From contig CAZREG010000001.1 of NCBI GenBank assembly GCA_964599075.1, forward strand, positions 123,017-187,016: a stretch of 64,000 nt of DNA, written 5' to 3'. The notes beneath the pieces were generated by a model. The model was not told where the DNA came from. It searched no databases and saw nothing but the letters and a program-made list of their open reading frames with translations. Origin of the DNA: an uncultured Spirochaetaceae bacterium (GTDB lineage: Bacteria; Spirochaetota; Spirochaetia; DSM-27196; SLST01). The translations under genes and the position numbers were made by a program. Numbering within the stretch: the stretch's first letter is position 1; each line of letters opens with the position of its first letter. Shown here in pieces: positions 47,696 through 55,386 of this stretch.

Positions 47696-47733
47696 ATACT
47701 CCGGAGTATGAAAGCTTGATCTGGTTTTGTCAA
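47696..47733 (-). promoter_or_regulatory. putative sigma70 promoter of the STAS gene with a 14-bp perfect palindrome over the -10
   Basis: Minus strand: TTGACA (47733-47728), 17-nt spacer, CATACT (47710-47705). The palindrome ATACTCCGGAGTAT is at 47696-47709. Confidence 0.4.
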
Positions 47734-47758
47734 ACCTCCATTCCCTGAACTTACCACA

Positions 47759-48514
47759 CTATATCCCAAAATCAACAGGAATAATCGCGCCGTTTACTGC
47801 GGCGGAAGAACCGGCTACAAGCTCAACGGTTACCCGTGCCACCTCCTGCGGGCGGATGAGTCTGCCACCGGGAATCCGTTTGCGAAGGGCCTCAATTGCC
47901 TCCGCCGGGTAGTATTCAGTTTCCACGTAACCAGGTGCGATCATATTGCAACTGACACCGGTACCCGCACACTGCAGAGCGACCGAACGAACGAGTGAGG
48001 CGAGCCCTGCCTTGGACGCCGCATAGGCGGCAATCTTTCTAAAGCCCACGATGCGATCCGATCGCGGGCCACCGAACACAACGATTCGTCCCCACGCCCG
48101 CTCAAGCATTGCGGGCAGAACCTCACGGATCATGACCGCCGGCAGGTGGAGATTCAGCTCAACCATTCGTCGGAACTGATCGTCCGGAGTATCAAGAAAT
48201 GACTGCTCCAGGTATGGGCCAAACGCACAGACGAGAATATCCGGCAATCCCGTCCGCTCGAGCAGAGAGGCACCATCATCAGCATGCTCAATCGGATGAA
48301 GAGTAGCATCGCGAAGCGTTCCTGCCCCGCGTACCGCCTTTCGGCTTCTGTCGAGACGTTCGCGATCATGACCCCCATGAACAGTAACCTCCGCCCCGGC
48401 CCGGGCCAGATCTGTCGCGACAGAAGCACCAATACCACCGGAGCCGCCCACAACAAGCGCGTGTCTTCCACTCAGCGGGTACGTCGGATCATCCACGGCC
48501 ACAATATAGACCAA
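47759..48514 (-). CDS. short-chain dehydrogenase/reductase (SDR)
   Basis: 251 aa. Cofactor motif VVGGSGGIGAS and catalytic YAASKAG region. Confidence 0.85.
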   Translation of the reverse strand: MVYIVAVDDPTYPLSGRHALVVGGSGGIGASVATDLARAGAEVTVHGGHDRERLDRSRKAVRGAGTLRDATLHPIEHADDGASLLERTGLPDILVCAFGPYLEQSFLDTPDDQFRRMVELNLHLPAVMIREVLPAMLERAWGRIVVFGGPRSDRIVGFRKIAAYAASKAGLASLVRSVALQCAGTGVSCNMIAPGYVETEYYPAEAIEALRKRIPGGRLIRPQEVARVTVELVAGSSAAVNGAIIPVDFGI

Positions 48515-48543
48515 TGGGGTTCGCGCTGCTATAGTGTCGGCAG

Positions 48544-49026
48544 ATGGCAGCTAAACACACCAGAAGGGTACTTCTGTTGATCGGCTTTATTCTCTTCTCT
48601 CATGCCGTGCCGGCACGCTCACCGGAACAGCTTGAGGATACGATAGACTTTGAAACGTCGCTGGAGACGATTGCTGAAACCGTTCGCACCGGGCAACTCG
48701 AACAGATCGATCCCGAGCGCTACTTCATGCTCACGGGTTCGGTTGCCTCTATCATTGTCTTTGACCCGAACCCCGAGAGCTTTCAGGCCGTTGTAGAACT
48801 TGTTGCCGGTGGATGGGATGGGCTTGACTCCATCTCGGTGAGTAGGGTCTACGTGCTCCTTCAGGGTCCGGAGTTTGCCGAAAGAGTACCCGAGCGCCCA
48901 CGTCCCGGCGCGGAGCCCGGGACCATTGAGGTCCACGAACGGATACTCGTGATTGGACCGTTCGTAGGGACGGCGCAACTCCAGGACGAAGAGCTCGGAG
49001 TAATCCAGGCTGTCCGAATCAGATAA
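48544..49026 (+). CDS. secreted protein of unknown function
   Basis: 160 aa with a signal-peptide-like N-terminus (RVLLLIGFILFSHAVPA). No family recognised. Confidence 0.5.
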   Translation: MAAKHTRRVLLLIGFILFSHAVPARSPEQLEDTIDFETSLETIAETVRTGQLEQIDPERYFMLTGSVASIIVFDPNPESFQAVVELVAGGWDGLDSISVSRVYVLLQGPEFAERVPERPRPGAEPGTIEVHERILVIGPFVGTAQLQDEELGVIQAVRIR

Positions 49027-49035
49027 GCCATAAGC

Positions 49036-50175
49036 TCAGTCGTCAAAGTCTATATTGTCTGCAGTTATTCTGTACCCGTCAGAGAGAAGCAGCGCCCGCC
49101 AGACTACATTTTTCAGTTCACGAACATTCCCGGGCCACTGGTAGTCTGAAAGCCGGTTGATCGCCGGACTTGTAAACTCTGGAAGTACCGCCATCTGCTC
49201 GTCCTGCGCAATCCTGATCCGAAAATAATCAGCAAGAACCGGAATGTCCTGCCGCCGCTCGGAAAGCGGAGCGACACGAATCCGGCCCACGTTCAGTCTA
49301 TAGAACAGATCCTTTCGAAAACGTTCCCGGGTGAGCTCCATCTGAAGGTCTCTGTTCGTTGCTGAGATGATGCGAAATTTCACCTGCCGGTGCTCCGCAT
49401 CTCCAATCCGCGTAAATCGTTTTGTCTCGAGCACCCTCAACAGCTTGACCTGAGCCCGTGAACTGAGCTCTCCCACCTCATCAAGAAAGAGAGTACCGCC
49501 GTGAGCTTTCTCCAGCGCTCCGGCGCGCGTTCGTGCGTCAGTAAACGCGCCCTTCGCCGTACCAAAGAGTTCCGACTCTATGAGGGTGTCCGGAATTGCA
49601 CCGCAGTTGAGCGCGATGAACGGCCCGTTGGCCCAGGGCGAGAGCCGGTGAAGCGCGACTGCAACGAGTTCCTTTCCCACTCCACTGGCTCCGGTAACGA
49701 GGATTGGTGCTCCGTATCTACCGTACTTCTCTATGTACTGGCGCAGGCGCATCGTGGGGACGCTTACCCCAATGATCTCGGGAATAACGGCGTCGTTAGG
49801 GGGGCCGAACGGCACTACAGCGGATGTAATGGCATCAAGAAAAGATGTCCGAAGCGGATTGGCCTGAAGCGGAAGCGCCACCACGTCAAAGGCGCCATGT
49901 TTCACCGCCGCGACGATGCGCTTTGGTTCCGTCTGAGCCGTAAATGCGACTACCGGAGGTGCCGTAGCGGCGGAACTCAAGGACGAAAGAAGTTCGAACG
50001 AACCGATCGGCTCAATATCCATGTTGAGGAAGATGACGTCCGGCATGGCAGCCTTGACGTGATCAACGGCGAGTGCGTCATACTTGTGCGAAAGTACTCG
50101 GTGGTCCCAGTCGAGGAAGAGTTCGACAGCGGAGGCTATCTCGGGATCATTATCGATAACCAGAACTACAGCCAT
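49036..50175 (-). CDS. sigma-54-dependent activator (REC + AAA+), no C-terminal DNA-binding domain
   Basis: 379 aa. Walker A GASGVGKE, GAFTDA (GAFTGA variant), Walker B LFLDEVGE, NVRELKN sensor II. The protein ends about 20 aa after that, so there is no room for a Fis-type HTH. Confidence 0.85.
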   Translation of the reverse strand: MAVVLVIDNDPEIASAVELFLDWDHRVLSHKYDALAVDHVKAAMPDVIFLNMDIEPIGSFELLSSLSSAATAPPVVAFTAQTEPKRIVAAVKHGAFDVVALPLQANPLRTSFLDAITSAVVPFGPPNDAVIPEIIGVSVPTMRLRQYIEKYGRYGAPILVTGASGVGKELVAVALHRLSPWANGPFIALNCGAIPDTLIESELFGTAKGAFTDARTRAGALEKAHGGTLFLDEVGELSSRAQVKLLRVLETKRFTRIGDAEHRQVKFRIISATNRDLQMELTRERFRKDLFYRLNVGRIRVAPLSERRQDIPVLADYFRIRIAQDEQMAVLPEFTSPAINRLSDYQWPGNVRELKNVVWRALLLSDGYRITADNIDFDD

Positions 50176-50254
50176 CCCACTTCCCCAGACGAAAATGTTA
50201 AAATTCTCTGAGCGAATTTGTCAAGTACACGCTCTGGGAACTTCATCAAGCTTC

Positions 50255-50282
50255 GTGACAATGCCGGCAGGGGCACTATACT
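50255..50282 (+). promoter_or_regulatory. putative sigma70-type promoter directly abutting the fxsA start
   Basis: GTGACA (50255-50260), 16-nt spacer, TATACT (50277-50282). ATG 50289 is 6 nt after the -10, with no SD. Confidence 0.35.
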
Positions 50283-50288
50283 AGCTGC

Positions 50289-50735
50289 ATGAACCGTCGG
50301 CCGCCCCTCGCTTTGCTCGTACGACCTCTCGGGATCAGCAAGCTCTTCGGACTTGGACTCGGCTTTGGGCTTCTTATGCTTCTGGATGGATACCTGCTGC
50401 TACTCACCTCGAGACGAGTAGGTACCTATCTGCTCATTGCAGCCACGGCTACCACCAGCCTTGTAGGGGCACTCGGCACATTCAGGGCTTACACCCGGGA
50501 GCTGCAAACACTCTACTCAAAGGTCCGCCGAGGAGCCTATCCAAAAAGCGAATATGTCCGGATGCTGTCGCTCCTGGTGGCTGCGGGTCTCCTCATTGTT
50601 CCGGGTCTTGCGACCGACGCCGTCGGTGTCGTCATTGCGATCCGGCCATTCGGATGGCTTGTCGGCGTCTTGCTGGAGAGGACGCTTCGGCGAGAGTTGG
50701 AGCTGTTGTACGAGCACCTCAGACTTGAAACATAG
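50289..50735 (+). CDS. fxsA: FxsA-family membrane protein
   Basis: 148 aa. TM helices and the PGLATDAVGVVIAIRPFG motif typical of FxsA. Confidence 0.8.
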   Translation: MNRRPPLALLVRPLGISKLFGLGLGFGLLMLLDGYLLLLTSRRVGTYLLIAATATTSLVGALGTFRAYTRELQTLYSKVRRGAYPKSEYVRMLSLLVAAGLLIVPGLATDAVGVVIAIRPFGWLVGVLLERTLRRELELLYEHLRLET

Positions 50736-50755
50736 GAAGTGTCACGGAGGATACC

Positions 50756-51508
50756 CTACCGGAGGGCTCGAAACACGAGCAGCAGTACCAGGAACCACAC
50801 ATACACAAAAGCCCGGAGCATCCGCCACGGCCTTCTCACCAGATCCGGCAAGAAATCCAGGCCGCGACGAAACGCCGTCCGGCTTGCCCTCTTACGACGC
50901 TCGGAGAAGATGTCGAACACCTCTGCGCTGAACAGAGAGAGACCAGTAGCGAGATTCTTGCGGTTTCGGTAGCTCCAGAGATCACGCCCGGGGACACCCG
51001 GCCCCACCAGAAGAAGATCAGGGCTCGCCTTGCGAATAGCGGTAATAATGCTCGGCTCCATCTGGCGCTGGTAGTATCCTGCGTAGCGGCCAACAATTCG
51101 GAGGCCCGGGAACGTCTCCCGCAGGTTGCGTTCAACAACCCGGATAGCCGGGCCGGTACCACCAAAGATGTAGAGCGACTGTCCGCGCTCTTCAAGAGAG
51201 GTGAGGACGCGGATCACAAAATCAAACGGCATGTAACGGGTAGGTCTCTTCCCGGCAAGAAACCGGCCGGCCATGGCGATGCTGCGGGAGACTGGTATGG
51301 AGAGAGCGTGGCCTACACAGGCTCGAAACTCACGGTTACGACGAGCACGCATGAAGTCCCACCAGCGCAGGAGAACGACCTGCTCGCTCGCATCTGATGC
51401 CACACGGGTCTGGGCGACGGTTGTCACGCGGTCATCCTCGACTGAATCGATGGCGATGCGCATCACATTGAGCCGCTCTACGTATTCACTTACTTCGTCA
51501 GCTGCCAC
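50756..51508 (-). CDS. WecB/TagA/CpsF-family glycosyltransferase
   Basis: 250 aa. LYIFGG...VERNLRETFPGLRIVG...ASPDLLLVGPGVPGRDLW pattern. Confidence 0.8.
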   Translation of the reverse strand: MAADEVSEYVERLNVMRIAIDSVEDDRVTTVAQTRVASDASEQVVLLRWWDFMRARRNREFRACVGHALSIPVSRSIAMAGRFLAGKRPTRYMPFDFVIRVLTSLEERGQSLYIFGGTGPAIRVVERNLRETFPGLRIVGRYAGYYQRQMEPSIITAIRKASPDLLLVGPGVPGRDLWSYRNRKNLATGLSLFSAEVFDIFSERRKRASRTAFRRGLDFLPDLVRRPWRMLRAFVYVWFLVLLLVFRALR

Positions 51509-52251
51509 CTTGACCTCTCAAGCAGGATAAGACGAGCCGCGGCAACTGCAACCAGGCCGGCGGTCTCTGTCCTGTATACGCGCGGACCCAACCAGAGCGG
51601 CTGAACACCGTTGTTCTGAAACCGCTCGCACTCGTCTGGGCTGAAACCCCCTTCAGGGCCAACAAAGAGTACAAGATGACTCACACTCTCGCCAAGATAG
51701 CCGTGGAGCGATCCCTGCGCAAGAGGCTCAGTGTGGAGGTAGAGCGCAATGCTCGTCGGATCGTCGGGCTGGTGGAGATGCAGTGCATCCGCGAGTGAGC
51801 AGGGAGTTCGTATAGAGACCGATGTGGCGCCGCTCTGCTGAACAGCTTCCTTTGCCACGCGGTGCCAGCGTTCCTGCTTGGCTGAGCCAGGCTCCGTCGG
51901 ACGGACAACGGTGCGGTCCGTGAAGACGGGAACAATCGTGGTCGCCCCGGCCTGAACGAGCCGGCGGATCGCATCGTCAAGCTTGCGAGCTTTTGGTACC
52001 GCCTGACACACGGTGACGCTGAGCTCAGGCTCAAGCGCGGGAGATGGATCGGCGGCAGCAACCCGAAGAACGGCCCGAGTTGCAGAAACATCGGCTAGTT
52101 CAACGAGAAATCGATGGCCGCCACTGTCGGTCGCCTGCACAGTGTCCCCGGCAGCGTGACGCCGGACGTGAACGAGGTAGTGAAACTGATCGCCTGATAT
52201 GGTGAGACGCTGCCCGGGACTCAGGGTTCCGGGCAGCAGGAGATGTCTCAT
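51490..52251 (-). CDS. rsmE: 16S rRNA (uracil1498-N3)-methyltransferase
   Basis: 253 aa. HYLVHVRR N-terminal PUA-like region and C-terminal SPOUT motifs (LFVGPEGGFSPDE, LGPRVYRTETA). Confidence 0.85.
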   Translation of the reverse strand: MRHLLLPGTLSPGQRLTISGDQFHYLVHVRRHAAGDTVQATDSGGHRFLVELADVSATRAVLRVAAADPSPALEPELSVTVCQAVPKARKLDDAIRRLVQAGATTIVPVFTDRTVVRPTEPGSAKQERWHRVAKEAVQQSGATSVSIRTPCSLADALHLHQPDDPTSIALYLHTEPLAQGSLHGYLGESVSHLVLFVGPEGGFSPDECERFQNNGVQPLWLGPRVYRTETAGLVAVAAARLILLERSRWQLTK

Positions 52252-53687
52252 CGTCCGGCCGGCACCTGCCCTTCCCGCAGCAGCTCAACTGCTTCCTGAA
52301 GGACTACATCGTATTCAAGATCATAGACCTGGGTCTGGTTGTTCTGACGGTTCAGCTCATCTCTGATGGTCACCTTGATAAAGCGGTCAGGGACATTGAA
52401 GCCCTCATTCTGAAGCCCGTCTACAAACCGATCTATCCGGGGGCCGGAGGGATCCAGGTTGTCGGAAACCCACGACTCTATTCTGCCGCTGTTCCGCAGC
52501 TCCGCATACGCCTCGGTCTCGTCGTCGGTAAGCTCGGGTGTTTCCACGGATAGATCCGGATCAACGCCGACTTCGTCAATGAACCGGCCACTGGGAAGAT
52601 AATAGCGAGACATGGTCAGACGAAAACCTCCGTCGGCGATGCGCCTGATCTGCTGCACAGAGCCTTTCCCGAATGTTGTCTCGCCTATCAGGTAGGCTCT
52701 ATCGCGGTCCTGCAGAGCGCCCGCCATGATCTCTGCTGCTGAAGCGCTGCCCTGGTTGATGAGTACGACAACGGGGATCTCCGGATCAACGGAGACACCG
52801 TCGGTCGCGGTGAACCGATCATTCTCCTGAGGTACCCGGCTCGACGTGCCAACAATGGTTCCGTCGTCAAAGAAGAGATCAGTGACATCTATCACGGCAG
52901 AGAGGAGTCCGCCGGGATTCGTCCGGAGGTCGATTATAAGTTCCTGATAGTCATTCTGCTCGAAAAAATCGATTGCCTCCTGGACCGCCTGAACGGTCTG
53001 CGGCGTGAACCGAATGATGCGCAGAAACGCAATCTCTTCGTCTATCATGGCGTGGCGGGCAGTTGGAACCTGTATGACCGCTCGTTCGAGCGTGACGGTA
53101 AACTCCGCTCGTTCTCCGCGTCTGACCTGAATCACGACACGGGTACCGGGAGTACCGCGGAGTCTATCCACAGCCTCGTCTATGCTCATCTCATCGGTGG
53201 GGAGAAACTCTTCGCCGTCCACATCGCGCAACCCCACAATGAGGTCGCCGGCGCGAAGGCCGGCCCGGAACGCGGGAGTATCGTCTATCGGGGCAATGAT
53301 TTCGACAAAGCCCGAGTCTTCTGCGTTTTCTTCAGGCCGTTCCTTGGCAATGAACATACCTACCCCGCCAAACTCACCTTCAGTGGTGTCGGTAAGATTC
53401 CGCATATCGGCCTCATCAAGGTAGGCGGAGTAGGGGTCGTCAAGGCTCTCAAAGAGACCACGAAGCGCGCCCTCGAGCAGCGTGTCGGTGTCCACATCTT
53501 CCACGTAGCTTTCCTGGATAAAGCGGAAGACGCTCTCAAGGATTTCCATCGCCTGATCGGTGTCACTTCTCGCCTGAGCAAACGCCGAGGGAGTGCTTGC
53601 GAGAACCAGTACAACAATGACAAGTACTGCGGTGATGCTGCTCCAGAGAACCCGTTCGCGCCTGCGATTCGGTCTGTTATCGTTCAT
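52248..53687 (-). CDS. S41-family C-terminal processing peptidase with PDZ domain
   Basis: Start at ATG 53687 (GGAG 6 nt upstream). PDZ (PAFRAGLRAGDLIVGL), LRTNPGG, catalytic GSASAAEI, TFGKGSVQ. Confidence 0.88.
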   Translation of the reverse strand: MNDNRPNRRRERVLWSSITAVLVIVVLVLASTPSAFAQARSDTDQAMEILESVFRFIQESYVEDVDTDTLLEGALRGLFESLDDPYSAYLDEADMRNLTDTTEGEFGGVGMFIAKERPEENAEDSGFVEIIAPIDDTPAFRAGLRAGDLIVGLRDVDGEEFLPTDEMSIDEAVDRLRGTPGTRVVIQVRRGERAEFTVTLERAVIQVPTARHAMIDEEIAFLRIIRFTPQTVQAVQEAIDFFEQNDYQELIIDLRTNPGGLLSAVIDVTDLFFDDGTIVGTSSRVPQENDRFTATDGVSVDPEIPVVVLINQGSASAAEIMAGALQDRDRAYLIGETTFGKGSVQQIRRIADGGFRLTMSRYYLPSGRFIDEVGVDPDLSVETPELTDDETEAYAELRNSGRIESWVSDNLDPSGPRIDRFVDGLQNEGFNVPDRFIKVTIRDELNRQNNQTQVYDLEYDVVLQEAVELLREGQVPAGR

Positions 53688-53739
53688 GAAAAACTCCAAT
53701 TCTCCCCAAGAGTATACTGCGATCGCGGCCTACCTTCTA

Positions 53740-53768
53740 TTGACCGCCACAGATCTGCTCCGTACACT
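53740..53768 (+). promoter_or_regulatory. putative sigma70-type promoter giving a leaderless or near-leaderless transcript
   Basis: TTGACC (53740-53745), 17-nt spacer, TACACT (53763-53768). ATG 53776 begins 7 nt after the -10, with no SD. Confidence 0.4.
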
Positions 53769-53775
53769 CCGCGCA

Positions 53776-54240
53776 ATGGCCCACAGACGAATCGCGTTCA
53801 GCGTTGGCACAGCCTGGATCGTCGCTCGATTCTCCATACTCCACTTCCTGAGCCTCAGATTAGTACCAGGCGATCCCCGTTTCAACATAATCGCACTCTG
53901 GATTGGCGCCGGATCTCTGTTAGTGGCCGCACTCTTTGCCGGCGCAGCAGTCATAGCCGAGTCTCGTCGATTCTACGTTCCGCTGCTTCGTATCTCCTTT
54001 GTTCTGTTCGCGCTCACGGATGCTGCCACAGTTCTGCGCAGTGCCACACTCTCAGTGACAGAACGTCAGGGAGACGGCGATCCGGCGACAACGCAGGTCG
54101 TGTTCTTCCTCACCTTTGGTGTGTTGATCGTTGATCTGCTCGTCCTGGCCGCGTTGCTTGCGTATAGAGTGATAGACAACAATGGAGAAACGGGGGAGAA
54201 TCAGACAGCAGGTCCCGGAGGATCGGAGGAGAATGCATGA
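53776..54240 (+). CDS. small polytopic membrane protein of unknown function
   Basis: ORF 53593-54240 trimmed to ATG 53776 (MAHRRIAF...) to avoid the divergent peptidase gene and to fit the promoter. About 4 TM helices. ATGA overlap with the next gene. Confidence 0.45.
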   Translation: MAHRRIAFSVGTAWIVARFSILHFLSLRLVPGDPRFNIIALWIGAGSLLVAALFAGAAVIAESRRFYVPLLRISFVLFALTDAATVLRSATLSVTERQGDGDPATTQVVFFLTFGVLIVDLLVLAALLAYRVIDNNGETGENQTAGPGGSEENA

Positions 54241-55379
54241 CGATTGTGCCCATAGCAAGCGGAAAAGGTGGCGTAGGAAAGTCGCTGCTCGCCGCGAATG
54301 TGGGCATTCTCCTCGCCAGGGCAGGCAAGCAGGTGGTGCTGGCAGATCTGGATTTTGGTGGGTCAAACCTCCATCTGATCCTTGGCACGCGGGCGCAGGA
54401 CCCCGGCATCGGGACCTTCCTCACCAGTGGGGAGCTCGAGTTTGGGGAGATCGTCCGTAACACAGAGTACGGAAACCTGCGTTTTGTCCCCGGCGATAAT
54501 GAGTTGCCCGGCATAGCCAATCTGAGTGCGGGTCAGAAGCGGAAACTCATATCACGGCTTCGAAACCTGGAGACGGAGTTTCTCATCCTGGACCTGGGCG
54601 CCGGGACCAGCTTCAATGTGATGGACTTCTTCCTGCTGTCAAGCAACGGGCTTGTCGTGACTACGCCCACACCTACCGCCCTGGTCAATGCGTATCTGTG
54701 CATCAAGAACGCTCTGTTCCGGTTGCTCACCAGCCAGATCAAGCGCGGTTCGGATGCGGACGCTCTGCTCAAGGATCTGTCGCAGAACGCCGCTCGCATG
54801 CAGCGTCTCTACCTTCCGGACATTGTCTCACGACTCGAGCCTGTTGATCCGGACGCCATTGCGCAGTATCGCGCCGCTGCAGAGAGATTCAGGCCTCGGG
54901 TAGTAATCAACATGCTTGATGATCCGAACGAGGTAAACAAACTTGTCAGACTACGTGCGAGCTGTGCCCAGTATCTGGGCATAGAGGTCGAACAGTTCGG
55001 CGTGCTCTACCGTGATGAGCTCCAGGACACCTCGCTCAACGCCCGCCTGCCGATCGTACACTACAAACCGAACAGCGTACTCTCGGTGGCCATCAAGCGA
55101 ATCGCGGACAGGCTGATCGAGCAGAGTGAGTCCGAGGGTGAGGGGCTCTCCTGGCTTGATGCAGACGAGAGTTTTGAAGCAGCGGTAGCTGAGGCTGAGA
55201 GTGACTTTGAGGCAAAGTCAGGCTATGTCAGTGAGTTGCTCGACGCAGGGGTGCTCACTCACGGAGACCTGCTGGAGACGGTGAAGTCTCAGCAGATTGA
55301 GATCAACCATCTGCGCCGCCAGAATGATCTACTAAGCGCAAGAGTTGTGAAAGCGGCTCAACAGGGCTACAAGCTATAG
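54237..55379 (+). CDS. MinD/ParA-family P-loop ATPase (FlhG/YlxH-like) with a C-terminal coiled-coil extension
   Basis: 380 aa. Deviant Walker A IASGKGGVGKS, LDLGAG Walker B region, and an extra ~100-aa acidic/coiled-coil tail. Confidence 0.85.
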   Translation: MTIVPIASGKGGVGKSLLAANVGILLARAGKQVVLADLDFGGSNLHLILGTRAQDPGIGTFLTSGELEFGEIVRNTEYGNLRFVPGDNELPGIANLSAGQKRKLISRLRNLETEFLILDLGAGTSFNVMDFFLLSSNGLVVTTPTPTALVNAYLCIKNALFRLLTSQIKRGSDADALLKDLSQNAARMQRLYLPDIVSRLEPVDPDAIAQYRAAAERFRPRVVINMLDDPNEVNKLVRLRASCAQYLGIEVEQFGVLYRDELQDTSLNARLPIVHYKPNSVLSVAIKRIADRLIEQSESEGEGLSWLDADESFEAAVAEAESDFEAKSGYVSELLDAGVLTHGDLLETVKSQQIEINHLRRQNDLLSARVVKAAQQGYKL

Positions 55380-55386
55380 CAGGGGC

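Noticed and set aside
50235-50251. TGGGAACTTCATCAAGC as a sigma-54 (-24/-12) promoter next to the bEBP gene
   Set aside because: The GG-to-GC spacing is 2 nt too long and the -12 TTGC element is absent. No other GG-N10-GC candidate was found in the spacers I inspected.
53052-54134. 360-aa ORF overlapping the S41 peptidase gene (antisense) and the small membrane protein region
   Set aside because: Most of it is antisense to a well-supported peptidase gene, and the remainder is out of frame with the better-supported 53776-54240 ORF.
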